This document shows positions 34,792 to 48,369 of a stretch of DNA of 64,000 nucleotides, one piece after another. The stretch's first letter is position 1. The number at the start of each line of letters is the position of its first letter. The position numbers and the translations under genes are program-made. The notes under the pieces were generated by a model. The model had not been told where the DNA came from. It made no database searches and saw only the letters and a list, made by a program, of their open reading frames with translations. Source of the stretch: Squalus acanthias (Eukaryota); contig JASTWF010000357.1 in assembly GCA_030390025.1 (NCBI GenBank), positions 248,001 to 312,000 of the forward strand. The letters are read 5' to 3'.

Positions 34792-37376
34792 ATACATAGA
34801 TACATATAGATACATAGAAGATAGGAGCAGGAGTAGGCCATCCGGCCCTTCGAGCCTGCTCCGCCATTTAATGAGATCATGGCTGATCCTCCAATTCAGT
34901 ATCCCGTCCCCGCCTTCTCTCCGTAACCCTTAACCCCTTTTGCCTGTAGAAATACATCTAATTCCCTCTTAAATATATTTAATGAGCTGGCGTACACTGC
35001 CCTCTGTGGCAATGAGTTCCACAGGTTCACCACCCTCTGAGTGAAGAAATTCCCCCTCATTTCTGTCCTAAATGGTTTAGCCCTTATCCTTAAATTATGT
35101 CCTCTAGTTCTGTTCTCACCCGCCAAGGGAAACATTCCTTCTGCATCTAGTCTGTCTAGACCTGTCAGAATTTTATACACTTCTATGAGGTCCCCTCTCA
35201 ATCTTCTAAACTCCAGTGTGTACATCCCTAAACTACATAGTCTCTCCTCATAGGTCAATCCCGCCATTCCTGGTATCAGCCTGGTGAATCGCCGCTGCAC
35301 CCCCTCCATGGCAAGAACATCTTTCCTCAGATGAGGCGACCAAAACTGTACACAGTACTCGAGGTGTGGTCTCACCAGTGCCCTGTACAGCTGCAGCAAG
35401 GTATCCCTGTTCCTGTATTCCAACCCTTTTGCTATGAAGGCCAGCATACCGTTTGCCTTCTTGATCGCCTGTTGCACCGGCATGCTCGCCTTCAGTGACT
35501 GGTGTACAAGAACACCCAGGTCTCTCTGTACTTCCCCCTCTCCCAATTTATTGCCATTTAAATAATAATTTGCCCTCCCGTTCCTGCACCCAAGGTGGAT
35601 AACTTCGCACTTGTCCACATTATAGTGCATCTGCCATTTATCCGCCCAATCACCCAGTCTGTCCAAATCGCTCTGGAGCTTCCTGGTCTCCTCCTCTGAG
35701 CCCACCCCCCCTCCTAGTTTAGTGTCGTCTGCAAATTTGGAAATGCTGCATCCGACTCCCTGATCCAGGTCATTAATGTAAATTGTGAACAGCTGGGGAC
35801 CCAGGACAGATCCCTGTGGTACCCCACTTGTTACTGCCTGCCATTCAGAAAATGAGCCGTTTATTCCAACTCTCTGTTTTCTATCTGACAGCCAGTTCTC
35901 TATCCACGTCAATACTTTCCCCTTTATCCCATGAGCTTCAATTTTCCCTGCTAATCTTTTATGTGGGACCTTATCGAAGGCCTTTTGGAAGTCCAGGTAC
36001 ACCACATCTACTGGCTCTCCCCCATCTATTTTACCAGTTACTCCCTCAAAAAATTCCAATAGATTAGTCAAGCACGATTTACCCTTTGTAAATCCATGTT
36101 GACTCTGTCCTATCCTGTCCCCATTTGCTAAGTGCTCCGCTATTTCATCCTTAATGATGGACTCCAGCATTTTGCCCACAACTGATGTAAGGCTTACAGG
36201 TCTGTAATTACCTGCTTTTTGCCTACCCCCCTTTTTGAATAGTGGGGTAACGTTAGCTACCCTCCAATCCATGGGCACTGTTCCCGAGTCTAATGAATTC
36301 TGAAAAATCATACTTAGTGCATCCGCTATCTCTAGGGCCACCTCCTTCAGCACCCTAGGATGCATGTTATCAGGCCCTGGGGATTTGTCCGCCTTCAATC
36401 CCTTTAGCTTCCTTAACACCATATCCTTAGAGATATTGACTTGCGTCAGTTCCTCCTTTGCAAATGTCCCTATTTTTCCCGATATCCCAGGGAGGTTTTT
36501 TGTGTCTTCCTTCGTAAAGACTGACCCAAAGTATGCATTTAGTTGGTCTGCCATTTCCTTATTTCCCGTTATATATTCCCCCGTATCTGACTGCAATGGG
36601 CCAACTTTGGTTTTCACCAGTCTTTTCCTCTTGATATACTTATAAAAGCTTTTGGAGTTAGTTTTTATATTTTCCGCCAGCTTGCTTTCGTAAGCTATTT
36701 TGCCCCTCTTGATTAAGCCCTTTGTCCTCCTTTGCTCTATCTTAAACTGTTCCCAATCTTCCGCTCTGGCGCTTTTTTTGGCTATTTTATACGCCCTATC
36801 TTTGGATTTTATGCTGTCTCTAATTTCCCCTGTTATCCACGGTTGAGTCACCTTTTTAGATTTCCTTTTATGCCAGATTGGTATAAACAATTTTTGCAAT
36901 TTTGTCATTCTATCTTTAAATGCTTGCCATTGTTTATCTACCTCCAGTCCTCCCAGGAACGTTGTCCAATCAGACCTACTCAGTTCCCGTCTAATGGCAT
37001 CATAATTCCCCTTGTTTAAATTCAGGACCTTAGTATCCGAGTCAATTTCTTCGCTCTCCATTTCGAGTGAGAAATCGATCATGTTATGATCGCTCTGACC
37101 CAAGGGTCCCCGTACAACAAGATTACTAATTAGTCCCTTCTCATTGCACAGTACCCAGTCCAATATAGCCTGTTCCCGAGTTGGTTCCTCGACATATTGA
37201 TCCAGATAACCATCCCTTAAACACTCAAGGAATTCCTCCTCCTCATTATTTTTACTGATTAGGCTATTCCAATCTATATGTAAGTTAAAGTCACCTATGA
37301 TGACAGCTGTGCTCTTATTGCACGCTTCTCTAATTTCCCTCGTGATGCCCTCCCCAACCTCTATTTTACTATTTGG
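34792..37376 (-). mobile_element. Young CR1 LINE, 5'-truncated within the endonuclease; ORF2 remnant 34896-37163 is open
   Basis: 755-aa uninterrupted frame with RT motifs and an (ATAGATAC)n tail. Near-identical to 51914-54431. Confidence 0.92.
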
Positions 37377-37640
37377 AAACGTTCAGGACATGCAGAGCTG
37401 AAAAACCATTACATTTTGACTGTCACTCATCAAACATATTAACATTTCGTTCAGTTGCAACAGAAATAATGGGTTTATTGATGGAGATTAACATAATTAT
37501 TCACTGTCTCACAGAGAGGCTCAGGATAATGTGGACCCCTTCAAGACAGACGCAGGCGACATTGTAATTGAAAATAAGGAAATGGCAGACATGCTAAACA
37601 ATCACATTGTATCGGTCTTCAAATTAGAGGGAAAGGATAT

Positions 37641-37930
37641 CCAAAAATGTGCGGGTTAGGTTGATTTGGCTATGATAAATTGACCCTTAGTGTTAGGGGG
37701 GGATTAAATATGTGGGGTTATGGGGATAGGATGGGATCTGTTAGGGGGAATTAAATACGTGGGGTTACGGCGGTCGGGTGGGATATGTGTACTGTGGGGA
37801 TTAAAGCAGGGACAGGGTACTGGATTTGAATGATCAGCCATGATCGTATTGAATGGTGGTGCAGGCTCGACGGGCCGAATGGCCTACTCCTGCTCCTAGA
37901 TTCTATGTTTCTATGTTTCTATGTTTCTAT
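37641..37930 (+). mobile_element. 5'-truncated V-SINE (HE1-like) with CR1-derived tail
   Basis: CCAAAAATGTGCGGGTTAGGTTGATTTGGCTATGATAAATTGACCCTTAGTGT resembles the V-SINE core. (TTTCTATG)n tail. The 3' part recurs at 47951-48106. Confidence 0.6.
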
Positions 37931-38760
37931 AAACTACCAGAGACATGGGGAAAACGAAAAATCAATCATAGCGAGGGACTGACTCGATTTAATATAACGA
38001 CATCCAGCAGGCATTTGATAAGGTTCCTCACACGAGTCTGTTAGCAAAGATCAGAGCGCATGAAATTTGAGGCAACGTATTGACACGGGTAGGGAATTGG
38101 TTAGGAGATAGGAGACACAGAGTAGGGATAATGGGCATGTACTCCAATTGGCAGAATGTGACGAGTGGTGTCCCCCTGGGATCTGGACTGCAGCCTCAGA
38201 TTTTCACTATATTGATAAATGACTTAGATGAAGGAATAGAGAACCAGATATCCAAGTTTGCTGATGGCACTAAGTTGGGAGCACAGTACGCAGTGTAGAT
38301 GGGAGCAGTGAATTGTAAAAGGACATTGATGGATTATGTGAGTGGACAAAACTGTGATTAATGGATTTCAATGTGAGGAAGTGTCTGTTCATCCACTTTG
38401 GACCGAGAGCTGGAAAATGGGATTAGAATGGATAGGACTTGATGGCTGGCGCAGACATGATGGGCCGAAGGGCCTCTTTCTGTGCTGTATAACTTTCTGC
38501 CCCAGATTCCTGGAGTCATCAGCACAGAACATTTCAAACCAGGATCCAAAATATAGTATTGAAAGGCGATAAGGATAAATGTTCATCACATGCAAAGAGC
38601 AAAATAAGTTATTGAAGCTTGGGCTGTCCCTCAGTAACGATGTTAGCATTTCTTTCATTTTGCAAAAGAACATTACAGGTTAATTAATGGGGATTAAAAG
38701 ATTTTTCACGTGTAATTAATTTTAAAAGGTTCTGAATCAACAACTGCTGTAAGAGTTAAA

Positions 38761-39060
38761 CCCATCAATGATAATTGGACAGGAGCTGGAACGGTCAAAG
38801 CGCCGATAATTCCATCAATGATAATTGGACAGGAACTGGAGCGGTAAAAGCGCCGATAATCCCATTAATGGTGATTGGACAGGAGCTGGAGCGGGAAGAG
38901 CGCCGATAATCCCATTAATGGTGATTGGACAGGAGCTGGAGCGGGAAGAGCGCCGATAATCCCATTAATGGTGATTGGACAGGAGCTGGAGCGGTAAAAG
39001 CGCCGATAATCCCATCAATGGTAATTGGACAGGAGCTGGAGCGGTAACAGCGCCGATGAC
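38761..39060. repeat. Six tandem copies of a 50-bp unit
   Basis: CCCATYAATGRTRATTGGACAGGAGCTGGAGCGGTAAAAGCGCCGATAAT with an exact 50-bp period. Confidence 0.92.
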
Positions 39061-39720
39061 CAACAACTAGATTCCCGGGGAACGGTGCCAGGAGTCATTA
39101 GGATCATTCTCAATATCATTGAGTCTCTCCGCTTTCGATGCAAATTGATTTTTAAATTGTTTTACAAGTAAATGCATTTCATGATTCTGCTGCTTGCAAA
39201 TGTATTTACATATATCTGTAACATTTATTCATTTATTGGGGGGGGGGGCATCTGTCTTCATTCCAAATGTGTTTTGTAAGTTGTCGGGATCTGTAACGCT
39301 CTACCTGAGAAGGTGGTGGAAGCTGATTCCATCAATAATTTTAAAGGGAGTTGGACAGGAACTTGAGGATGAGGAACCTCCAGGGTTACATAACAAAAAT
39401 CCGGAGTTTGGGACTGAGCACAGCTGCTCTTTCTGAGCCAGCACAGTTACGACGGGCCGAATGTCCTCCTCCTGTGCTGTGAGTTTCTATGATTCAATAT
39501 ACACACCCACAGTTTATATTTTCACACGGCCTTGTTTGCAGTTCTAACTATTGTCTTCACGCCAAAAGTTTAATCGTTTTTCGGAAGCTGCTCGACATGC
39601 TTTGTATTTTGAGCAGATTCTTGGTTTATTTTCCTGTGATGTGGTGATTCTGCGGGAGAATGAAACGGTGTTTGAGAAACATTGATATTTAGAAACATCT
39701 CCTACAGTTGTCCAAATGGA

Positions 39721-39792
39721 GGCCACGGGCGGAACGGAAGAGTGTCTGAATCAACATCAGTAAAGCTGCGTGTTCAAATCACGTCAGGATCA
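39721..39792 (+). pseudogene. tRNA-Trp-derived relic
   Basis: ...GTCTGAATCAACATCAG...GCTGCGTGTTCAAATCACGTCAGGATCA aligns to tRNA-Trp. The anticodon is destroyed. Confidence 0.6.
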
Positions 39793-40704
39793 GAGCTTCT
39801 TTTAATTCTGGAAGTATAATTTCTTTGCTTTTTCATAATAAACAGAACCTTGCTGTAAAGTCTGTCTCACTGGTTGCCCAGTGTCAGGGAGAGAAGCGCC
39901 AGATGCCCTCATTTATTTACTGTAACAAACAGACACAAACACACTTATTCAGTAAAGTGTCACACACAGCTTGATAAACACTTCTAGGGGATCTCCAAAT
40001 GCGCTTCATAGAGGTGTGATCTAAAATATGGAAGCCCAATCCAAAGAAGGAGCTATTAAAGCGTGTGTCTAAAAGTCTCCTCAAAGCTAACGGTTTTAAG
40101 GAGCGTCTTAAAGGAGGAGACGGAAGGGTTTGGGAGCAAATTCCAGAGAATGAGGACCGGTTATTGCAGACTATTTGTAGTGTGAAGAGACCGGAGTCAC
40201 AGAATCATTGAATCTTAGGATCATAGAATCTGACCGCACAGAATGAGGCCGTTCGGCCCGTCCTGCCTATGCCAGCTCTTTGAATGAACCGTCGAATTTA
40301 GTCCCACACCCCAGCTTTTACACCATAACCCTGCTAATTAGTTCTCTTCAAATACATGTCCAATTGCCGGTTGAAATTTCTATGGAATCTGATTCCACCA
40401 TCCTCAGGTAACGCGTTCCAGATCGTAACAGAGAAGAATTCTCCTAATGTCTCCTCTAGATTTTTTTTGCCAATTTATTTAAATCTATGACCTCTGGTTG
40501 TCGATCCACTCGCCCGAGGAAACATTTCTCCCTACTTGCCAAATCAAAGCCCTCATTATTTTGAATAACTCTATTCGCTCTCTGTACTCGAAGGAGAACA
40601 ATGCCAGGCTTAGTTTTCTGATAAAAACAGACCCACCGAGCCGATGAAGCAGTTGCAGCTCATTCCACAAAGTACAATTGCAGGGAGAAGGGAAAGGATC
40701 TGCA

Positions 40705-40750
40705 TGTCAGAAGTTGGATTCGAACCCATGCCTCCAGAGGCCATCCTGAC
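40705..40750 (-). pseudogene. tRNA-Leu relic with internal deletion of D-loop and anticodon arm
   Basis: Minus strand GTCAGGATGGCC//TCTGGAGGCATGGGTTCGAATCCAACTTCTGACA gives both tRNA-Leu ends fused. Confidence 0.65.
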
Positions 40751-40775
40751 TCACAGAAAACGCAATAAAAATATT

Positions 40776-40849
40776 CGCCTAACCTTGGGCTCGTATACAC
40801 ATCTCTGAGTTTAAGAATCTAACGCTCAACCGACTGATCGCAGCCAGCC
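40776..40849 (-). pseudogene. tRNA-Lys(CTT)-derived relic
   Basis: Aligns to tRNA-Lys and shares its upstream flank with 44986-45058. Confidence 0.55.
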
Positions 40850-41319
40850 CTGTTTTAACTTTGCAGCATTGTCATTATCGCAGAGAGGCGGTTGTTTTCT
40901 CCGCTCCAACTAGGTTCTCCTAAATTCCAAGGTGTATAAGGAAGTCAACCATCAAACCATTAATTAACCAGTGGGGTTCAGGTAATTTTCCGATAGCAAA
41001 GCGCTTTGCCCTTGTCAATATCTCTTGTCTATTGCCCGGTGATTCCCGATAATCTCTGTATCTCGGGCTGTGTTTATCTGCGTTAGTGTCTGTTACATTA
41101 AATAACTGATGTGATCCGGCGCCTCTCTCCATGACACTGGGCAACTAGTGAGACACACTTTAGAGTAAGGTTCTAGTTAATATGAAAAAGCAAAGAAAAT
41201 ATGAGTAATTCTGATCAATCTCAAGTATCCCCAAGACACCTTTTCCCGCAGTCTCCACAAATGAGGGTCCATTGTCACAATCAACAATTCGAGGGATCTC
41301 CCGCGGTGCGTGTTTCACT

Positions 41320-42560
41320 TATCGAATTGATTTTTTTCATGAAATAACAGGGAGGCTCGTTGAATAGAATGCAAAGAATGTTGTCTACATGGATTTTAGG
41401 AAGGCCTTTGACAAAGTACCACATAGAAGGCTTTAACAAAATGGAGGCACAAGGAATAGATGGGTCAGTGGCAGCTTGGATAAGGAATTGGCTTAAGGAC
41501 AGAAAATAGCGAGTTGTGGTAAATGGCTGTTTTTCAGACTGGAGGATTGTAGACAGTGGTGTTCCTCAAGGGTCAGTGCTGGGGCCAGTTCTTTTTTAGA
41601 TATATATATATATAAATGACCTGGATATTGGAATTCAGAGTAGAATTTCTAAATTTCCCGATGACACCAAACTTGGGGGTGTGGCAAACAGTGATGATAC
41701 CAATCGACTGCAACAAGACATAGAAAGGCTAGCAGAATGGGCAGACAAGTGGCAGATGGAATTTAATACAGAGAAGTGTGAGGTGATGCATTTTGGCAGA
41801 AGGAACAGGAAGAGGCAATATATACTTAATGACACAGTTTTAAAGAGTGTGCAGGGACAGGGGGACCTGGGAGTTAATGTGCATAGGTCCCTGAAGGTGG
41901 CAAGACACATTGAGCGAGTGGTTAACAAAAAATATGGGATCTTGGGCTTCATAAATAGAGGTATTGAGTACAAAAGTAGAGAAGTTATGCTGAACCTTTA
42001 TAAAACGCTGGTTAGGCCACAACTGGAGTATTGCGTCCGGTTCTGGTCACCACACTTTAGGAAGGAGGTGAAGGCTCTTGAGAAGGTGGAGAGGAGATTT
42101 ACCAGAATGGTTCCAGGGATGGGGAATCTTAGTTACAAAGACAGGTTGGAGAAGCTGGATTTGTTTTCATTAGAGCAAAGGAGGTTGAAGGGTGATTTGA
42201 TAGAGGTGTACGCGATTATGACGGGTTTGGATAGTCTAGACGGGGAAAGGCTGTTGAAACTAATTGATGTTACAAAGACTAAGGGACACAGATTTATGGT
42301 TTTCGGCAAGAGATACAGGCAGAATGTGAGGAAAAACATTTTTTACGCAGCGAGTGGTAGGGATCTGGAACTCACTGCCAACGGAAGTGGTGGAAGCGGA
42401 GGCACTCAATATTTTCAAGGGGAGACTGGATAGGCACGTGAGGGAAATAAACTTGGGAATAGAGCGGGGGAATGGGACTGACTGGATTGCTCTACAGAGA
42501 GCCGGCACGGAGTCGATGGGCCGAATGGGCTCCCCGGTGCCGAATGACTCAGTGACTTTA
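41320..42560 (+). mobile_element. CR1 3' portion (degenerate RT)
   Basis: ORF 41681-42433 with CR1 RT/C-terminal motifs and 3' tail. Confidence 0.8.
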
Positions 42561-43435
42561 TGAGTAAAGGCGTCATAAAAAAAAGTATAGTCGCGGTAGT
42601 TTCAGCCGTCTGATGCGGGCAGGAAAAGCCTCTGCCCGCCGTGAGAATACATCGACAGCAACCGAAAGATACTCCCCACCCCGTGCGGTAGCAGACAATT
42701 GCCCCGTAAATCAATCCTGTACAATCAAACTTTGTTCCTGTGGGCCTTCTTTTTCACAAGCGACACCCGCGTGTACTGACGGGCCCGATCCTGTATAGCT
42801 TGTCATTGGGACCGAATCCCATCGCACCATCATCTGTGGCCATAAAATTGTGATCCGCCCTTCATTGCAGGAGCTGCGCACATTCCCGAAACATATCATC
42901 TGAATCGAGCACAATACCCAACTCCTTCTGCCGAGCCCCTTCTTCAAGCACCGTCAACAACGCTGCCAGCCCCGCGTATTCTGCAGATCGATTGCTACAG
43001 CTATATTGAATAGTGCGCAGGATCTGACCCTCCGATAATGCGAGCGCAGCCAGCCCCGCACCACACTTCCCGCTCACATACTCACCCGTAAATCAAACTA
43101 CTCCACCTCCTTAATCTGGTCCGCAGTCTTTCCCTTAATGATCTGCAGGTGGCCTCATACTCGTGGGGCTTTCCCTCAATGACCTGAACTCGCTGTGTAA
43201 AAATGTTTTCTCATGTCGCCTCTGGTTCTTCCTCGCCCTGCACAGGCTGCTCTCGGTCCCCAGGACGTGGCCATTCTATATCAGTGACTGTCGCCAGTTT
43301 TGTTCGGACAGAGTTTTGACTGGAACGTCACACCTGCCTCGCAAAGGGCAATGCATCAGGGGAGTTTGTAACCTCTGAGAAAACCTGAGGCCCGTCAGAA
43401 ATGTTTGTATATCTGAATCCCTAACTCATTCTGTT

Positions 43436-44575
43436 AGAAACATAGAAAACATAGAAAAATAGGAGCAGGAGTAGGCCATTAGGCCCTTCGAGCCTGCTCC
43501 GCCATTCAATATGATCATGGCTGATCCTCTATCTCAATACCATATTCTTGTTCTCTCCCCATACCCCTTGATGCCTTTCGTGTCTAGAAATCTATATATC
43601 TCCTTCTTAAATATATTCAGTGACTTGGCCTCCACAGCCATCTGTGTTAGAGAATTCTACAGGTTCACCACCCACTGAGTGAAAAAAATTCCCGTCATCT
43701 CAGTCCTGAATGTCCTACCCCGTATCCTGAGACTGTGACCCCTCGTTCTAGAGCTCCCCAGCCAGGGGAAACATCCTCCCTGCATCCAGTCTGACTAGCC
43801 CTGTCAGAATGTTATACGTTTCAATAAGATCCCCTCTCATTCTTCTAAAGTGAATGCAGGCCTAGTCGACCCAATCTCTCCTCATACGACAGTCATTCCA
43901 TCCCAGGAATCAGTCTGGTGAACGTTCGCTGTACTCCCTCTATGGCAAGTATATCCTTTCTTAGGTAAGGTGATCAAAACTGCACACAGTACTCTAGGTG
44001 TGGGCTCACCAAGACCCTGTATAACTGTAGTAAGACATCCTTGCTCCTGCACTCGAATCCTCTTGCAATGAAGGCAAACATACCATTTGCCCTCCTTACT
44101 GCTTGCTGCACCTGCATGTTTGCTTTCAGTGACTGCTGTCCCAGGACACCCAGGTCCCTTTGTACATCAACATTTCCCAATCTATCACCATTTAAATAAT
44201 ACTCTGCCTTTCTGTTTTTCCTACCAAAGTGGATAACTTCACATTTATCCACGTTATACTGCATCTGCCATGTATTTGCACACTCACTCAACTTGTCTAA
44301 ATCGCCTTGAAGCCTCTTTCAATTCTCCTCACAACTCACAATCCCACCAAGTTTCGTGTCGTCAGCAACTTGGAAATATTACATTAGGTTCCCTCATCCA
44401 AATCGTTGATATATATTGTGATTAGCTGGGGCCCACGCACTGACTCCACCGGTACCTCACCAGTCACCGCCTGCCACCCCGTAAAAGAACCAGTTATTCC
44501 TACTCGCTGTTTCCTGTCTGTTAACCAATTTTCAATCCATGTTACCCTCAATCCCATGTGCTTTAATTTTGACCT
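43436..44575 (-). mobile_element. CR1 3' portion, abutting a + strand CR1 3' fragment (44580-44875)
   Basis: (AAACATAG)n tail at 43436. ORF fragments 43974-44291 and 44384-44773. Confidence 0.8.
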
Positions 44576-44985
44576 TCCCCCACGCGGAACGGGTTTGAAT
44601 AGGCGAGATGGGGAAAGGCAGTTCCCACTAGTTGATGGTACAGGGAGTAGGGGACACAGATTTATTGTTTTGGGCAAGAGATACAGGAAAAACCTTTTTA
44701 CACAGCGAGTGGTGATGACCTGGTATTCGCTGCCGACGGAAGCGGTGGAAGCGGACACACTCAATGTTTTCAATGAGAGACTGGATCGGCACTTGTGGGA
44801 AATAAACTTGCAGGGCTACGGGGATAGAGCGGGGGAATGGGACTGACTGGATTGCTCTACAGACGCTATGACTCTATAATTAAATTATTAAGCACAAGGT
44901 ACTGGGTAAAGACTCGTTTTCAGCGCGGTGCCACTGCCGCGGGAATTCAGAGCTGGAATTCGGCCGTAAAAGCAAAATAAAACTC

Positions 44986-45058
44986 AGCGCAAAGTGTGGC
45001 TGGAATCCAGGAGCCTGTGATTGAGAATCTAACGCTCCACCGACTGAGCTGGCCGGGC
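44986..45058 (-). pseudogene. tRNA-Lys-derived pseudogene
   Basis: Minus strand GCCCGGCCAGCTCAGTCGGTGGAGCGTTAGATTCTCAATCACAGG... with broken anticodon and T stems. Confidence 0.7.
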
Positions 45059-45326
45059 CTGTTCCAACACTCCGGCATTGTCACTTATTGCAGAGAGGCG
45101 GCTGTTGGCTCCCTCCCGGCGCCGCACTGCCCGCCGCACTGTCGGAGGCGCCGCTTTTTCGAATGAAATGTTAAACCGAAGCCAATATCATGTCATTTGG
45201 AGGTCGGACTATCGGTCAGTACCCCGGTTCCCGTGGTGAAAGGTCAATTCCGAAATTATCATTGGACATTATTTGACATCTTGAGTGTGACATCTGGAAT
45301 ATCACGTGCCTTGCTCTTGCGGAAGC

Positions 45327-45398
45327 GGCGCGGTGGCCCAGCGGTAAGATGTCGGTCTTGTAAACCGAAGAGCGCGGGTTCGACCCCCGTCCGTGCCA
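45327..45398 (+). tRNA. tRNA-Thr(TGT) gene or recent pseudogene
   Basis: GGCGCGGTGGCCCAGCGGTAAGATGTCGGTCTTGTAAACCGAAGAGCGCGGGTTCGACCCCCGTCCGTGCCA. Acceptor and anticodon stems good, D-stem weakened. Confidence 0.7.
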
Positions 45399-46114
45399 TT
45401 GCTAGCTTTGAATATTTCAGTCGGTGTTTTCTGAGTGACTTGCTCAGCCATGTTATTTCTTACTGTCTCAGCTCCTGTGACAATCTCTCTATATAAACTT
45501 GCACACGATACACATTGAGAAATCCTACAAGACTCGTCGTTCTTTGATTCACTGGTTTGAAATCGGACGGCGGCTGAAATACTCGGACCATACCCCTTCT
45601 TTACCTCTCAGAGTCTCAGATTTCTGGGTGTGAGAGGTTGAGAGATACGGCGACCCTCACTCGGAGACCCCGCGCCTCCCAGTTCCCGGTCTGTAATCTA
45701 TAGTCCCACATATACAAGGGTAGATAAAGGGGACCGAGGAAACCGGAGCTAACACAAATGAGAAAGACTGGAGACAGACAGAGATAGAGAGGGACAGATA
45801 CATTTACATTTCCCAGCGCAGAGACTTCCCAATTAATTGTTACATCCTGGAACGTGACATCCAAACATTCAGCATGGATGGTGATCAGGGGGTAAGGCTT
45901 CCATCTCCTAAGACAAAGCGCCGCCCCCGGTACAACCACAGTTTGTAGCTTCACTCGGTTAATTTTCTTAATGGCTGATTTATGGACAGTGAGGACTAAG
46001 CCCGCCTATTGGAGTCTCGACATTTCTGCAGGTCTGTGGATGAACATCCATCAGATGTCCACCAATCCACGGATATTTGCACACCGTCCATCCGTCCCAA
46101 TCAATTCCCGTTCC

Positions 46115-47152
46115 CTAGTCCACTACACCCAACCTATTGATGGTTTCTGTCGATTCACTTTACCACCCATTGATGATATCTGTCCATTCACTTTCCCAAT
46201 CCATTGATGGTATCTGTCCATTCACTTTCCCAACCCTTTTGATAGTATCTGTTCATTCACTTTCCCAATCCATTGATGGTATCTGTCAATTTAATTTCCC
46301 AGTCCATTGATGATATCTGTCCATTCACTTTCCCAATCCATTGATGATATCTTTCTATTCACATTCCCAACCTATTGATGGTATCTGTCCATTCACTTTC
46401 CCAAACAATTGTTGGCATCTGTCCATTCAATTTCCCAATCCATTGAAGGTATCTGTCCATTCACTTTCCCAATCCATTGAAGGTATCTGTCCATTCACTT
46501 TCCCAAGCTATTGATGGTATCTGTCCATCCAATTTCCAAATACATTGAGGGTAGCTGTCCATTCAATTTCCCAATCCATTGATGGTACCTGTCCATTCAA
46601 TCTCCCAATCCATTTATGGTATCTCTCCATTCACTTTCCCAATCCATTGATGGTATCTGTCCATTCAATTTCCCAATCCATTGATGGTATCTCTCCATTC
46701 ACTTTCCCAATCCATTGATGGTATCTGTCCATTCACTTTCCCAATCCATTGAAGATATCTGTACATTCACTTTCCCAATCCATTGATAGTATCTGTCTAT
46801 TCACTTTCCCAACCCATTGATGGTATCTGTCCATTTACTTTCCCAATCCATTGATGGTATCTGTTCATTCACTTTCCCAGTCCATTGATGGTATCTGTCC
46901 ATTCAATTTCCCAATCCATTGAAGGTATCTGTCCATTCACTTTCCCAATCCATTGAAGGTATCTGTCTATTCACCTTTACAATCCATTGATGGAATCTAT
47001 CCATTCAGTTTCCCAGTCCATTGATGGCATCAGTCCATTCAATTTCCCAAAGCATTGATGGTATCTGTCCTTTCAATTTCCCAAAGCATTGATGGTTTCT
47101 GTCCATTCACTTTCCCAAAGCATTGAAGGTAACTCTCCATTCAGTTTCCCAG
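46115..47152. repeat. 34-bp minisatellite, about 30 copies
   Basis: Unit CCATTGATGGTATCTGTCCATTCACTTTCCCAAT (for example at 46270, 46304, 46338). Confidence 0.93.
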
Positions 47153-47154
47153 TT

Positions 47155-47215
47155 CAAGTGGAAGGGCGTCCGTTCCGCGAACCCAGGAGCCTGTGGTCGA
47201 TCCCTGTCTGTACCT
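47155..47215 (+). pseudogene. Highly degenerate tRNA-Thr relic
   Basis: CAAGTGGAAGGGCGTCCG...GTCGATCCCTGTCTGTACCT is collinear with 45327-45398. Confidence 0.4.
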
Positions 47216-48229
47216 GCTTTTAGACTCCAATCATTAATCAAATAATTTTTGCTCGGCTTATCATTCGCACCGTGTCCATCTAAGCTGGAAGGTCAAACTA
47301 GCTGAGTAAACTTTGAACATTTATCTATTCTGCCTGAGCCTTTTCCCAGGAGTAGCGATCTGTATTCATTACAGTTTGAGTTCTCTTTTCCATTGCAGGG
47401 AAACAGCCAAATAGATAAAGCGTGTTCCAGATGTTAGGTATTACGAAATTAAATTAATTTCCTCAAACATTTCCTCCTTCATCGTAGTTTCTAAATGATT
47501 GATATTGCTTGATTCATCGATTGCTTCCAATCTATTGAGAATCCCCCACATCATTGACGATTTTTAATCGATTGTTGTTTGCCGATCTATAAGCGGTTCA
47601 CAGTCCTTTCGCTGTGGCCGATCCATTGAAGATTCCCCATCCATTCATGTTTCCCAAAACATTCATGTTTTCCAATCCAATGCGTTTCAATTTAAAAGTG
47701 AGAAATTTCGATTCCATGTTCATTGGGTTGAACACAAACTCTTTAAATGAGCGGTTGGATCTTCCAGCTCAATAGCCAGGGACGGTCTCGGGCTGATTGT
47801 CCTTGTATCTACACAGGACATTCAGCCAGGAAATGGCTCAGGTCCCATTTCATTAATTTTTGTTGGCTTGTTGATTTATTGGGAAAGCCATTTCATGATT
47901 ATCAGCAATAAGAGTAAATAATGGACTGTGGGATTGAATCTGAACAGACAGGGTGGGATATGTGTACTGTGGGGATCAAAGCAGGGACAGGGTACTGGAT
48001 TTGGATGATCAGCCATGATCGTATTGAATGGCGGAGCAGGCTCGACGGGCCGAATGGCCTACTCCTGCTCCTAGATTCTATGTTTCTATGTTTCTATGTT
48101 TCTATGACATTCAGGTAACAATATGGAAGATTCACTAGATTTACATTTTCTGACTATTTAAATACGGGCTCATCAAACACTCAAACAGCAGAGACGCATT
48201 CAAACATCAGACTAATCGATGATTAGAAC

Positions 48230-48295
48230 TATTAGGAGTGGGGTTCGAATTCTTTGGATCTTCAGTCTCACGCCATAAACACTCGGACACCTAGT
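48230..48295 (-). pseudogene. tRNA-Leu(TAA)-type relic with variable arm deleted
   Basis: Minus strand ACTAGGTGTCCGAGTGTTTATGGCGTGAGACTGAAGATCCAA...TTCGAACCCCACTCCTAATA. Confidence 0.5.
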
Positions 48296-48369
48296 TCGAA
48301 GATTAAGCTGAGGGCCGGGTCTCACATGGTAACTTTGTTCAGTATTAATTACTGTTCTCGTTCATATTG

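Noticed and set aside
46115..47152. CRISPR-like array (also 38761-39060 and 11895-12325)
   Set aside because: Contiguous tandem units with no unique spacers, no cas genes, and a vertebrate context.
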